DNA of 64,000 bases from Planctomycetota bacterium (GCA_965223845.1 CBDCXR010000004.1:6080001-6144000), one strand, 5' to 3'. Shown: positions 1 to 9,989, counted from the stretch's first letter. Numbers and translations are program-made. Notes: generated from the sequence alone by a model not told the origin.

Positions 1-3000
1 CCGATATCGCTCCGGCGGTCACCGTTCGGATCGCCGCGGAGGAACTCGGGCTCGTCGCTCGGTGCGTCGACTCCAACGAAGACCTCGACCGTCGAGCGCG
101 AGCGATTGCCGGCTGAATCCTTCGAGTCGAGGTGGATCGTGTGCCGTCCCGGCGAAAGCCCTTCGACGTCGATCCGGCGACCGCGGCCGAGCACGCCGTC
201 CCGGTCGGACGACCAGAGAACGTCTCGCTCCGAGATCTCTCCGTCTTCGTCGTCGCTCACGCTCGCTTCGAAGATCAGGGCGTCGCCCGATTCGATCTCC
301 TCGTCGTCGCGCGGCCAGAAGATGACGGAGTACGGGGCCTTGTCGGCGACCTCGAACGGCCCGGCGATCGCCTGCGCCGTGTTGAGGCCGTCGGACGCGG
401 TCACGCGAACGAGTGCCTTCGGCGAGCCAGTGAGATTCGCGGCGGGGACGTCCAGCCGATCGCCCGGGACGTCACGGCGCAGCATCTCCCAGGTCTCACC
501 GCCATCCGACGAGTAGTGGACGGCGTAGACGAGGTCGTCGCGATCGGAGTCGCTTCCGCGCCAGCGGATCTCGACCGTGTCCTCGACTCCGTAGGAATCG
601 CCGGCGCGCGGCGAAGTCACCTCGACCGTCGGCGCGCTCGGACTCGCGTCGGCGCGGTGGACGAGCTCGTCCTTCCAGCGGATCTCGATGGCGACGCTGC
701 CTTTCGGAAACGGCATGAGGAGCGCGAACTGGCGGAGGTGATTCGAGCTGTGCTGAACCTCCTGGGGTGCGACGCGACGCTCCGCGAGGACGTCGCCTCC
801 GGCGCCGAGAGCGCGGACTTCGAGGTCGCCGTCCGAGTCGGGGAGCGACAGTCCGCGAGGAGTCGGCACGCGGTAGAGACCGCCGAGGTGGACTTCGTCG
901 ACGCCCGAGTCGTGCTCGTCGCCGTGATCATGGTCATGATCGTGATCGTGATCGTGTCCGTCGTGTCCGTGATCGTCCGCGGCCTCCTCGTGCTCTTCGC
1001 CCGTGATCGTGCCGCTGATCGCGACCACCTCCGGCGCGGAGACCGGACCCGCCGCGCCGCCGATTCCGAACGATCCACCGAACCCGTCGAGCAAGATTCC
1101 GTTCCACGTGTAGGGCGAGGTCCAGTAGGGGTTTCGCCCGTAGGACATGTAATCGTGGAGGAGGTGGCACTCGGGCTCGTCGGTGAGATTGCAGTTGCGG
1201 AAGCTCGTGCGGAGGAACGAAGGGATGTCCGCTTCGTTCGTGTAGCGCGGCCGCACCACGACCCAATCGGTCGTATCGAAACCGTAGAACGGAATCGTCC
1301 CGTGCGGGTGCGGATAGCGTCCGTCGTAGCCGCCCCCCGATGACTCGCCGTGACCGTTTCCGGCGTGGCTCCGTCCGATGTTGTGGACGAGCTCCTGCGC
1401 GGCGACCCACGGCGTAGCCTCGGAGACCGAACCCGGCGCGTTCAGCGTCGCGAGTCCGCCGGGAGTACCGCTCACGAGTCCGATCGCGTAGCTCGACCAG
1501 GTGCAGCCCGTGAAGAACGTCTCGAACCATCCGTCCCAGCACGTGAAGCGGCTCTGAACTTCGCCCATGATCCGCGAGAGATCGGACGGATCGGGAAGCG
1601 GCGAGAGCGCGAGCGTTCGCATCGGCAGAACTTGGAGTTCACCGTGCGGAAGCGCGCGGCGGATCGCTTCCAGGGAAAAGAGCGACTGCGCGACCGTCGG
1701 CGTCATGACTCGCCCCGCACCGTCCCGCGTCGTCACGCGCACCGGCCGGACGCTCAGGCGCTCGGACGCGGTGAAAAACACCGTCTGCTCCACGCGATTG
1801 TTGTCGAGGCAGTTCTCGCACTCTCCGAGCGTGTTGTCGGGGTCGACGATCCCGACGAGATCGACGCCGCCGGCGGTGTCGGTCCACGTCGTCGGCAGGA
1901 GGAAGTTCCACGTTTTGTTCACGTCGCCGTGACGCTCGGGGAACGTCTCGCCCGCGATCACGTCGATCGTGTCGCCCCCCACCGGCCGAATTGGCGAGCC
2001 GGGGAGCTCACGTCCGTCGCGGAAGGCGTACAGCTCCGCGGGAATGTTTCGAACGGTGGCGCCGCTCAGCCCAGGGGTGAGTCGGGCGACGGTCCGGCGA
2101 TTCGTGACGAGAAACCCCGTCTCGACCGCCTGGGTGACCCGCATGGAAGCGGAGATTCGATTGGGTCGCTCGATCACCACGCGTACGTTGTCCGCTCCCG
2201 ATCCGCCGCCTTCGTCCGTCGCTCGCACGGTAATCGTGTTGAACGTGCGCTCGGCGATGTCGAGAAGATCGACTCGCGCTCTAAACTCGTAGTTCGGCGC
2301 CGAGCCGGTCACGCTCTCGATGACTCCCGCGCGACTCCGGCCGCCAACGGCGGCTTCGATGGTCAAGTTTCGGGTCGTGAAAGTTCCGTATTCCTTGCGA
2401 ACACGACCGCGCACCGCGACGCGCGGGCTCGAGAATGTCGCATCCGCGACCGGGGACGTGATCGTGACCTGCGGCGCGGCGCCGTACGTCACGACGACCG
2501 AGTGCGAATGAGTTTGGTTGCTCGAGTCGACGGCGGTCACGGTGATGCGATTTCGTCCGGGGCGCAGAAAGACGCTCGACGAAATCGACGGGAATCGAAA
2601 GTTCGGTGCCGTGCCCGCCGTGAGGAGAGGAACGTTGATGTCGTCCTCGCTCGAGTCGAGAAACTCCATGCGGAAGCGAACGATGCCGAGCGCTACGTCT
2701 TCGGTGATCGTTCCGCCGAAGGGGACGTTGTTGCTGCCGAAAAAGACCGCGCCGTTCGCGGGCTCGAGGATGCGGACGACGGGGGCCGCGTCCGGCGGCG
2801 GGGGCGGAGCCGAAGCGCCTTCGAAGTAGAGATTGTCGATGATCTCCACGCCGTTTCGATCGAGCTCGATCGGCGTGCCGTCGAAGATCTGGCGGTCGAC
2901 GTAGTGCACCTCGGCGCGCCGAATGCGGTTCGACCCGACGTCGACCGAGAGCTGAATGCCGACGTCGTGCGCGCTCGTACCGAGCGGCTCGACGTCGGTT

Positions 3001-3464
3001 GCGATCACCGCGCCCGAGTCGTCGCGAACACGGAGAACCGCATACTCGCGTACTCCGGCCCACCGCCGCCCGCAGCGGAGCATGATCTTCTGCTGGAGGC
3101 TCGTGAACCGAAAGCGCATCGGGCCCGGATGGGTCGGGATGTCGAGGCCGTAGGGGACCTCGAGGCAGTGCGGCCATGTGCCCGTCGACACGGGTGCGGG
3201 CCGCACGATTCGGGGATTCCCCTCGAAGACGACGCCGAGCGACGAGTACTGGTTGCTCACCCGTGTCGTCTCGTCGAGATCGTCAAAGTTGATCGACGTC
3301 CCGGGAAAGGGATCCGGGAGCGGCGGCGGATCGATCGGCGGGGGGAGACCGGGATCCGGGAGCGGCGGGAGCTGGGCGGCGGCGGGCACGCTCCAGCAGA
3401 GGGCCGCGGCGAGGAGACAGAGCCAGAACTGGCTGTGACGATTGGAGTTGGGGAGACGGTACAT
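1..3464 (-). CDS. Large secreted multidomain protein (3' end runs off the window): Ig-like domains, metzincin/M66-like metallopeptidase domain, His/Asp-rich linker, C-terminal dockerin-like domain
   Basis: Not in the ORF track (no stop in the window); translated by hand from ATG at 3464 with RBS AGGAGG upstream. Signal peptide MYRLPNSNRHSQFWLCLLAAALCWSVPAAA, Pro-rich linker, QELVHNIGRSH at 1365-1397 (in frame), Met-turn-like HDYMSY, HDHDHDHDH tract, and EFLRGDPNGDRRSDI at the window edge. Confidence 0.85.
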   Translation of the reverse strand, partial: MYRLPNSNRHSQFWLCLLAAALCWSVPAAAQLPPLPDPGLPPPIDPPPLPDPFPGTSINFDDLDETTRVSNQYSSLGVVFEGNPRIVRPAPVSTGTWPHCLEVPYGLDIPTHPGPMRFRFTSLQQKIMLRCGRRWAGVREYAVLRVRDDSGAVIATDVEPLGTSAHDVGIQLSVDVGSNRIRRAEVHYVDRQIFDGTPIELDRNGVEIIDNLYFEGASAPPPPPDAAPVVRILEPANGAVFFGSNNVPFGGTITEDVALGIVRFRMEFLDSSEDDINVPLLTAGTAPNFRFPSISSSVFLRPGRNRITVTAVDSSNQTHSHSVVVTYGAAPQVTITSPVADATFSSPRVAVRGRVRKEYGTFTTRNLTIEAAVGGRSRAGVIESVTGSAPNYEFRARVDLLDIAERTFNTITVRATDEGGGSGADNVRVVIERPNRISASMRVTQAVETGFLVTNRRTVARLTPGLSGATVRNIPAELYAFRDGRELPGSPIRPVGGDTIDVIAGETFPERHGDVNKTWNFLLPTTWTDTAGGVDLVGIVDPDNTLGECENCLDNNRVEQTVFFTASERLSVRPVRVTTRDGAGRVMTPTVAQSLFSLEAIRRALPHGELQVLPMRTLALSPLPDPSDLSRIMGEVQSRFTCWDGWFETFFTGCTWSSYAIGLVSGTPGGLATLNAPGSVSEATPWVAAQELVHNIGRSHAGNGHGESSGGGYDGRYPHPHGTIPFYGFDTTDWVVVRPRYTNEADIPSFLRTSFRNCNLTDEPECHLLHDYMSYGRNPYWTSPYTWNGILLDGFGGSFGIGGAAGPVSAPEVVAISGTITGEEHEEAADDHGHDGHDHDHDHDHDHGDEHDSGVDEVHLGGLYRVPTPRGLSLPDSDGDLEVRALGAGGDVLAERRVAPQEVQHSSNHLRQFALLMPFPKGSVAIEIRWKDELVHRADASPSAPTVEVTSPRAGDSYGVEDTVEIRWRGSDSDRDDLVYAVHYSSDGGETWEMLRRDVPGDRLDVPAANLTGSPKALVRVTASDGLNTAQAIAGPFEVADKAPYSVIFWPRDDEEIESGDALIFEASVSDDEDGEISERDVLWSSDRDGVLGRGRRIDVEGLSPGRHTIHLDSKDSAGNRSRSTVEVFVGVDAPSDEPEFLRGDPNGDRRSDI

Positions 3465-3676
3465 GGGGACCTCCTGGCGATAGAAACGGGTTGAACTCGC
3501 CTGTGGAGGGCCGGTGGGAACGGTCGCCGTAACCCGAAAACCAAAAAAACCTCTCGCCGTAGTGGAGTCGGGGGAGCCGCTTCGGGGGGTGGGTCAAGCG
3601 AGCCCGCGATTCTCGGGTCCGCGGGCGGGACGGACTCGCCGAGTGGCTTCCGGCGGGCGGGGACCTCGAGTTCGAG

Positions 3677-4591
3677 CTACGGGATCCGCGCCGAGAGGAG
3701 CCGCAGCGACATCGCCCGCGAAGGATCAGCGGGGTGCGCGGCCTCGATCGCGATGATTCCCGCCCCCGGGAGGATCGGGTTCACGCACGGCGCGACGAAC
3801 GCCGTGCCGACGAGCGCGGGAGAGTCGTAGATGCGGACCTCGAACGGGAGCGCGAGGATCGGGTGCGGGACATCCTGAATCGGCGCGGCTCTCCGTGCGT
3901 CTCCGAGCGCCGGAAGGAGACCGATCTCGAGTTTGAGCCCGTGGCGGAGTACGGCGAACACCGACGGCTTCGCGACGACGAGATCCACGAGGGGCTCGAG
4001 AGTCGGGTTTTCGTGAGCGAGACTGAAGAGACTCAGCCAGGCCGCGAGTGACCGCTGGAGGGCATCGAGTTCATCCTCCGTCGGAACGCCGTCCGCGCGT
4101 TCGGCGAGCTGGAGACCGATGGCGCCGCCATCGTAGAGACCGCGCTGGAGGAAGTCGGCCGGAACCGGATAGATGCCGCGGTGCTGTTCTTTCCCACTTG
4201 CGTCGTAGGTGGCGATCTCCAGATCCAGCGCCCTCGAGGGAAAGGTGCGCTCGCGGTCGCCGCTCTGAAGTACCTGCCGAAACGGGGCGCGGCGACCGTC
4301 GGGAATTTCCCGGGGCAACGATCGAACGGTCATGCGAACGAACCATCGTCGCGGACTCTGCTCGCGCGCGAGAGCGAGACCGTAGACGAGCTCGTTGCCG
4401 ACGATCCAGTCGCTCGAGTCCCGCCAATCGAAGATCCCCGGAGAGACTCCGATGCGCTCGCAGGGAGCAAAGTCTCCGAGGGGCGCCGGCGCGAGACTCG
4501 GCGTATGCTCCGGCGTGGGAGCCCGACACGCGGCGAGAAAGAGCGCGAGAGCGGCGAGTTCGAAGTGGCCTAGGCGGGAGCGATGGGGCAC
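3677..4591 (-). CDS. Hypothetical lipoprotein
   Basis: ORF 3677..4819. Start re-placed at GTG 4591, which gives a hydrophobic stretch ending in the lipobox LAAC (FELAALALFLAAC). No recognised family. Confidence 0.6.
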   Translation of the reverse strand: MPHRSRLGHFELAALALFLAACRAPTPEHTPSLAPAPLGDFAPCERIGVSPGIFDWRDSSDWIVGNELVYGLALAREQSPRRWFVRMTVRSLPREIPDGRRAPFRQVLQSGDRERTFPSRALDLEIATYDASGKEQHRGIYPVPADFLQRGLYDGGAIGLQLAERADGVPTEDELDALQRSLAAWLSLFSLAHENPTLEPLVDLVVAKPSVFAVLRHGLKLEIGLLPALGDARRAAPIQDVPHPILALPFEVRIYDSPALVGTAFVAPCVNPILPGAGIIAIEAAHPADPSRAMSLRLLSARIP

Positions 4592-4750
4592 GCGAGTTCG
4601 CGGTCGTGGGGCCGGACGCGCCGCGACGTGCTCGAGGAGTCGCCTCGAGCGGTCGAGGTCGAGAAGCGCGAGAACTAGAGACGCAGCGTAGCCGCGCGAC
4701 GAAGCGAAGAGAAGCGAGGAACGGCGTGCAAGCGCGTCTCGCGCATCGCC

Positions 4751-4868
4751 CTCTCTCCCCAAACAACGAGGGACCCAAACCCTCTCGGGTCTGAGTCCCT
4801 CGCTAGCACGGGGTTTCACCGAAGCCCCGCGCGGGGTGAGAACGGAGTGACGAGTGTTTCACGACTCG
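4751..4868 (-). ncRNA. Candidate structured RNA or 5' leader (three-way junction)
   Basis: 18-bp hairpin with GAGA (GNRA) loop at 4765-4804, second hairpin at 4806-4832, closing helix 4751-4760/4833-4842, extra hairpin at 4851-4868. Several pairs are G-U only on the minus strand. Lies just downstream of a sigma54 motif. Confidence 0.45.
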
Positions 4869-4901
4869 CGATGCCAGGCGCGAGCGCCCCGACGAAGCTG
4901 G

Positions 4902-4917
4902 TGCAAGACCGATGCCG
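4902..4917 (-). promoter_or_regulatory. Sigma54 (-24/-12) promoter
   Basis: Minus strand CGGCATCGGTCTTGCA matches YGGCAYR-N4-TTGCW spacing, with GG and GC correctly placed; intergenic. Confidence 0.65.
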
Positions 4918-5129
4918 TTTGTTCGCGGCGCCGGATCCGAGCTCTAAGTCTTGGATACGCCAGAGACTAGGAGCGGTTTCGACCGGGCCCTCGCGCGTCC
5001 GTTCGCCGCGTTCGCCCAGGTAAGAATTGCCGCCTGGGGCTCGATCGGGCGTCTTCCCACGTAGACTTCGCTCGCCCTAGCCGCGGATAATAGAAGGGGA
5101 TTGCCGGCGACGGAGGGCGAGAGAGGATC

Positions 5130-8100
5130 ATGAAGTCGACGCGCGCTGCGTGGACGATCGTGCTTGTGATCGCGATCGTTCCCACCTGGACGGATGCCTC
5201 CGACCCTGGGAAGGCCGAAGACGCGGACGCCCCAGGCGCTCGGCCCGCGGCCGTCGACTCCAGCTTCGATGCGGAGATCGCGCCGATCCTCGCGGAGCGC
5301 TGCCTCGACTGCCACAGTGGTCCCGAACCGAAGGGAGGGCTCGATCTCTCCCGTCGCCGAACTGCGCTCGCCGGCGGGGAGACCGGCCGTGCGATCACCC
5401 CGGGCTCGGCGGAATCCAGTCTACTCTGGCAGCGCGCCCGTTCCGGCGAGATGCCACCGAAGGAACGTCTCCCCGATCGGGAGCTCGAGGCGCTCGCGCG
5501 CTGGATTTCGTCCGGGGCGCGCTGGGGTACGGACCCGATCGATCCGTTTCGCTTCACGACGGACCGCCGCGCGGGCTACGACTGGTGGTCGCTCCAGCCG
5601 ATTCGTGATCCCGTTGTTCCATTCCGAAACGATGGCCGAGACGATCCCGGCGCCGGCAGCACGAACCATCCCGTCGACGCCTTTGTCCGCCGCCGACTCG
5701 ACGCCGAAGGGATCACTCCGTCCGCCCCGGCGTCTCCGCGCGCTCTCCTTCGCCGTCTCTCCTTCGGCCTCACCGGCTTGCCGCCGAGTCCGAGCGAGCT
5801 CGAGGCGTTCGTCGCCGAGTCCTCGGACGCCGCGTACCTCGCGTCGGTCGATCGACTTCTCAGCTCGCCCCACTACGGCGAGCGGTGGGCGCGTCACTGG
5901 CTCGACGTCGTCCGCTTCGGGGAGAGCCACGGCTTCGAATACGACCAGCCGCGCAACAACGCCTGGCCCTACCGCAACTGGGTAATCGACGCGTTCAACC
6001 GCGACCTGCCCTACAACGAGTTCGTTCGCTTGCAGATCGCGGGTGATGTTCTGACGGGGGGGAGTGAGGACGGCGTCGCGGCGACCGGTTTCCTCGTCGC
6101 CGGTCCGCACAACACGACGCTACCCTCGAGCGACAAGATGCGCCGGAGCATGGCGCAAGATGAGCTCGAAGACCTGGTCGGTGTCGTCGGCCAGTCCTTC
6201 CTGGGCTTGACCGTCAACTGTGGCCGCTGCCACGATCACAAGTTCGACCCGATCAGTCAGCGAGACTACTACGAGCTCGCCTCCGCTCTCGCCGGCGTGC
6301 GCCACGGCGAGCGCGAAGTGCGAGGCCCTGCGTTCGAGCGGCGTCAGGCGCGCATCGCCGCAATCGATCGCGAAGTCGCGGAGCTTCGCCGGCGCGTCAG
6401 CGAAATCGATGTGCCCGCACGGCGCGCGATTCTCGCCGAGCGCGGGGAGAGCGCGCGAGCGATCGACGCCGGTCCGGCACCGATCGCGCAGTGGGACTTC
6501 GCGCGCGGTCTCCGCGACCAAGTCGGTGAGCTCCACGGCACGGCCGAGCGTGGCGCACGCCTCGAAGACGGCGGACTCGTCGTCGACGGACGGGGGTACG
6601 TCGTCACTCCTCCGATCGCGAAGGGGATCGGCGAGAAGACGCTCGAGGCGTGGGTGCGCCTCGCCGATCTCGGTCAGCGCGGAGGCGGGGTCATCAGCAT
6701 CCAAACACCGGGTGGAGACGAGTTCGACGCGATCGTCTACGGCGAGCGCGAAGCCGGGCAATGGATGGCGGGAAGCGACGGATTTCGCCGCACGAAGTCG
6801 TTTGGCGGGCCCGAGGAGACCGAGGCGGTCGACCGGCCCGTGCACGTGGCGATCGTCTACGCCGCGGACGGAACCGTGAGCGGTTTTCGCGACGGGAAAC
6901 CCTACGGAAGTGCGTACCGGAGCGTCGGACTCAAACGATTCCCGGCGAAGACGAGCGTCGTTCTCTTCGGTCTTCGTCACGCCGATCCCGGCGGTAATCG
7001 TCTACTCCGCGGCACTATCCTCGGTGCGCGGCTGTTCGACCGCGCGCTCTCTCCCGACGAGGTTGCGGCCTCGGCGCGGAGCGGCGGTTTTTTCATCGCC
7101 GAAGAAGAGATCATCGCGCGACTCGATGTCGCGATTCGCGCGCGGCGCGGTGAACTCGCGAAAACGATCGCCTCGCTCGAGGCCGAGCGCGACGGTCTCG
7201 CCGGGGAGCGTCCGCAAAAGATGTACACGAACTCCCCGGCCGGGAATCCCGGGGCGACTCATATCCTTGTTCGCGGAGATGTCACGCGACCGGGCGAAGT
7301 GGTCGCGCCTCGCGGCCTCTCCGCGCTGCGCTCGCTCGATCCCGATTTCGGCCTCGATCCCGCGGCGCCCGACGCCGCCCGGCGCGTGAAGCTCGCCGAT
7401 TGGCTCGCCCACTCCGACAGTCCCCTTCTCGCGCGAGTGATGGTGAATCGCGTCTGGCAGTACCACTTCGGCCGCGGACTCGTTCCGACCGCGAACGACT
7501 TCGGCTTCAGCGGCGGACACCCGAGCCATCCCGACCTCCTCGATTGGCTCGCCCGCGAGTTCATACGAAGCGGCTGGAGCCTCAAGCACCTCCACCGGAC
7601 GATTCTCTCCTCCGCGACCTACCGGCAGAGCTCCCGCTGGCGAGCCGACGCGATCGCCGTCGATGCGGGAAACCGTCTCCTCTGGCGCTTCCATCCCCGG
7701 CGTCTCGAAGCCGAAGCCATCCGCGATGCGATGCTCGTCGCGGCCGGCGTGCTCCGCGCGGAAATCGGCGGGCGCGGGTACCGCGACGTGCGCCACTACC
7801 CGCACAAGGGAAGCAATTTCTACGCGCCGCTCGACGAAACGGGCGAAGAGTTCAACCGCCGGACGATCTATCGCTTCGTCGCACGCGGGGGACGCAATCC
7901 GTTCCTCGACACGTTCGACTGTCCGGATCCGTCGACGACGACGCCCACGCGGACGTCGACGACGACGCCGCTTCAAGCCCTTTCACTTCTCAACAATCCC
8001 TTTGTTTTGCGAGCGGCGCGTTTACTGGGCGCTCGGCTCGAAGCCGAGTGCGGCGACGCCGTCGAGCGGCAAATCGAGCGCGCGTTCGTTCTCGTCTACG

Positions 8101-8216
8101 GACGTCCGCCGAGCGCGGGCGAGGTTCGATTCACGTCCGCCTTCGTGAAAGAGCACGGCATCGAGCTCTTCTGTCGCGCACTCCTCAACAGCAGCGAGTT
8201 CCTCTACCTCCCGTGA
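5130..8216 (+). CDS. PSD1 and planctomycete cytochrome c domain protein (DUF1549/DUF1553) with LamG-like insert
   Basis: Signal peptide, CLDCH, YGERWARHWLDVVRF, CGRCHDHKFDPI, LamG-like KTLEAWV...HVAIVY region, RVMVNRVWQYHFGRGLV, PSHPDLLDWLA, C-terminal LLNSSEFLY. Confidence 0.93.
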   Translation: MKSTRAAWTIVLVIAIVPTWTDASDPGKAEDADAPGARPAAVDSSFDAEIAPILAERCLDCHSGPEPKGGLDLSRRRTALAGGETGRAITPGSAESSLLWQRARSGEMPPKERLPDRELEALARWISSGARWGTDPIDPFRFTTDRRAGYDWWSLQPIRDPVVPFRNDGRDDPGAGSTNHPVDAFVRRRLDAEGITPSAPASPRALLRRLSFGLTGLPPSPSELEAFVAESSDAAYLASVDRLLSSPHYGERWARHWLDVVRFGESHGFEYDQPRNNAWPYRNWVIDAFNRDLPYNEFVRLQIAGDVLTGGSEDGVAATGFLVAGPHNTTLPSSDKMRRSMAQDELEDLVGVVGQSFLGLTVNCGRCHDHKFDPISQRDYYELASALAGVRHGEREVRGPAFERRQARIAAIDREVAELRRRVSEIDVPARRAILAERGESARAIDAGPAPIAQWDFARGLRDQVGELHGTAERGARLEDGGLVVDGRGYVVTPPIAKGIGEKTLEAWVRLADLGQRGGGVISIQTPGGDEFDAIVYGEREAGQWMAGSDGFRRTKSFGGPEETEAVDRPVHVAIVYAADGTVSGFRDGKPYGSAYRSVGLKRFPAKTSVVLFGLRHADPGGNRLLRGTILGARLFDRALSPDEVAASARSGGFFIAEEEIIARLDVAIRARRGELAKTIASLEAERDGLAGERPQKMYTNSPAGNPGATHILVRGDVTRPGEVVAPRGLSALRSLDPDFGLDPAAPDAARRVKLADWLAHSDSPLLARVMVNRVWQYHFGRGLVPTANDFGFSGGHPSHPDLLDWLAREFIRSGWSLKHLHRTILSSATYRQSSRWRADAIAVDAGNRLLWRFHPRRLEAEAIRDAMLVAAGVLRAEIGGRGYRDVRHYPHKGSNFYAPLDETGEEFNRRTIYRFVARGGRNPFLDTFDCPDPSTTTPTRTSTTTPLQALSLLNNPFVLRAARLLGARLEAECGDAVERQIERAFVLVYGRPPSAGEVRFTSAFVKEHGIELFCRALLNSSEFLYLP

Positions 8217-9673
8217 CCACACCGCTCGACTCTTCCACGCCCCGACACCCGATCGACCGTCGCGATTTCCTCTCGTGGACGAGCGGCGGGCTGACCGCGG
8301 CCGCGCTCTCCTCGCTTCTCGCGTCGCCGAGCGGCGTGCGCGCCGATGGTGTTCCCGGCGAGGCGTCGGATCCACCGCCCCACCGAACTCCGCGCGCGAA
8401 GCGGGTCGTCCACTTCTGCCTCTGCGGCGGTGTCAGTCACATCGATTCTTTCGACTACAAGCCGGAGCTCGCTCGGTTTCACGGGAAACCGCTCCAGTCG
8501 GAAGAGCGCCCCGAGACCTTCTTCAATCAAATCGGACTCTTGCGGAAGAACGACTGGTCGTTCGAGCGGCGGGGAGAGAGCGGTCTCCTCGTATCGGAGC
8601 TCTTTCCGCACATCGCGACCGTCGCCGACGAGCTCTCGGTCATCCGCTCGATGGTGGCCGACTCGGCGAACCACACGCCGGCGACCTTCGAGCAGAACAC
8701 GGGATTCCGGCTGAACGGATTCCCCGTGATGGGATCTTGGGTGTCGTACGGCCTCGGCTGCGAAACCGACGAGCTTCCCGCGTACGTCGTTCTTCCCGAT
8801 CCGCGCGGCCTTCCGGCTGGCGGTGCGATCAACTGGTCGAACGGTTTCCTTCCCGCTCAGCATCAAGGCGTTTCGCTTCAGAGTGAAGGCCCGCCGATCC
8901 GCGATCTCTTTCCCGCGGAGCCCGTCGCGGACGCCGCGGAGCTCGCGACGCGCGGTCTTCTCGCCCAGCTCAATCGCCGTCACTTCGAGCGTGCGGGCGA
9001 CACCGAGCTGCGCGCGCGAATGAAGAGCTACGAGCTCGCCGCGAAGATGCAGCTCGCGGTTCCTCACGTCACCGATCTCTCCCTCGAGTCTGCTGCGATC
9101 CGCGAGTCCTACGGCGTCGATCGCGAGCCCACGGCGGACTTCGGGCGTCGCTGCCTCCTCACCCGCCGTCTGCTCGAGCGCGGAGTTCGGTTCGTGCAGC
9201 TCTTCTCCGGCGGCTCGTTCGGCTCTCCCCGCATCAACTGGGACGGTCACGAGGACATGGTGCGGAACCATACCCGGGAGGCGACACGCGTCGATCAACC
9301 GATCGCGGCGCTTCTGCGTGATCTGCGCCAGCGCGGGATGCTCGACGATACGCTCGTTCTCTTTACGAGTGAGTTCGGGCGGACTCCGTTCGCGCAGTCG
9401 GCCGCGAACAAGGTCGGCACGGGACGCGACCACAACATGTACGGCTTCTCGGTCTGGCTCGCCGGCGCGGGAGTGAAGGGCGGACAGGCGTACGGTTCGA
9501 CCGACGAAATCGGTTGGAAGACGGTCGAAAGCCCCGTGACCTGGCACGATTTTCACGCGACCGTGCTGCACCTGCTCGGGGTCGATCACGAGCGCCTCAC
9601 CTATTACCACAACGGCATTCAGCGCCGGCTCACGAACGTGCACGGTACGGTCGTTCGCGGCATCCTCGCTTAG
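8213..9673 (+). CDS. DUF1501 family protein (Tat-exported, sulfatase-like)
   Basis: GTG at 8213 overlaps the upstream TGA. RRDFL Tat-like motif, GGVSHIDSFDYKP, ERGVRFVQL, WDGH, SEFGRTP, GRDH, RLTNVHG. Confidence 0.93.
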   Translation: MTTPLDSSTPRHPIDRRDFLSWTSGGLTAAALSSLLASPSGVRADGVPGEASDPPPHRTPRAKRVVHFCLCGGVSHIDSFDYKPELARFHGKPLQSEERPETFFNQIGLLRKNDWSFERRGESGLLVSELFPHIATVADELSVIRSMVADSANHTPATFEQNTGFRLNGFPVMGSWVSYGLGCETDELPAYVVLPDPRGLPAGGAINWSNGFLPAQHQGVSLQSEGPPIRDLFPAEPVADAAELATRGLLAQLNRRHFERAGDTELRARMKSYELAAKMQLAVPHVTDLSLESAAIRESYGVDREPTADFGRRCLLTRRLLERGVRFVQLFSGGSFGSPRINWDGHEDMVRNHTREATRVDQPIAALLRDLRQRGMLDDTLVLFTSEFGRTPFAQSAANKVGTGRDHNMYGFSVWLAGAGVKGGQAYGSTDEIGWKTVESPVTWHDFHATVLHLLGVDHERLTYYHNGIQRRLTNVHGTVVRGILA

Positions 9674-9701
9674 AGGCGATACTCCTCTCCGGGATGCGAG
9701 A

Positions 9702-9729
9702 AGGCGCCGGGTGAGGGCACCCGGCGCCT
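9702..9729. terminator. Perfect 12-bp hairpin, probably a bidirectional terminator
   Basis: AGGCGCCGGGTG-AGGG-CACCCGGCGCCT, 28 nt after the DUF1501 stop; weak U tract on either strand. Confidence 0.55.
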
Positions 9730-9973
9730 GGGATCCCGAGTTCACCTTACGGCCCGCAAGTGGCGGTTTGCGGTCAGTGCGGTGCTCGGGGACGGTCGCC
9801 TCGGCTGGGCAGGCCGAGGCAAACAGGAGGAGTCGGGCGGAGTCCTCGCGCGGGAGTTCCTACCTCGATTCCTCTTCCGGTCAAGTGCAGTCAGGGCGCG
9901 CTCTCAACGAGACGCGACGTTCGACGCGAGGGACGATTGCGCCGGCCCGGAGGGCCCTAGACGCCGGAGAGAG

Positions 9974-9989
9974 TGCAATCGCCGTGCCG
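9974..9989 (-). promoter_or_regulatory. Sigma54 (-24/-12) promoter
   Basis: Minus strand CGGCACGGCGATTGCA is a near-perfect consensus; no credible CDS lies downstream. Confidence 0.7.

Noticed and set aside
132-3494. Long plus-strand ORFs 132..1343 and 1350..3494
   Set aside because: Antisense shadows of the minus-strand 1..3464 gene, which has an RBS, signal peptide and recognisable motifs.
7400-8212. N-terminal extension of the 757-aa ORF
   Set aside because: Overlaps the PSD1 gene out of frame and is Arg/Pro-rich; the DUF1501 protein starts at GTG 8213.
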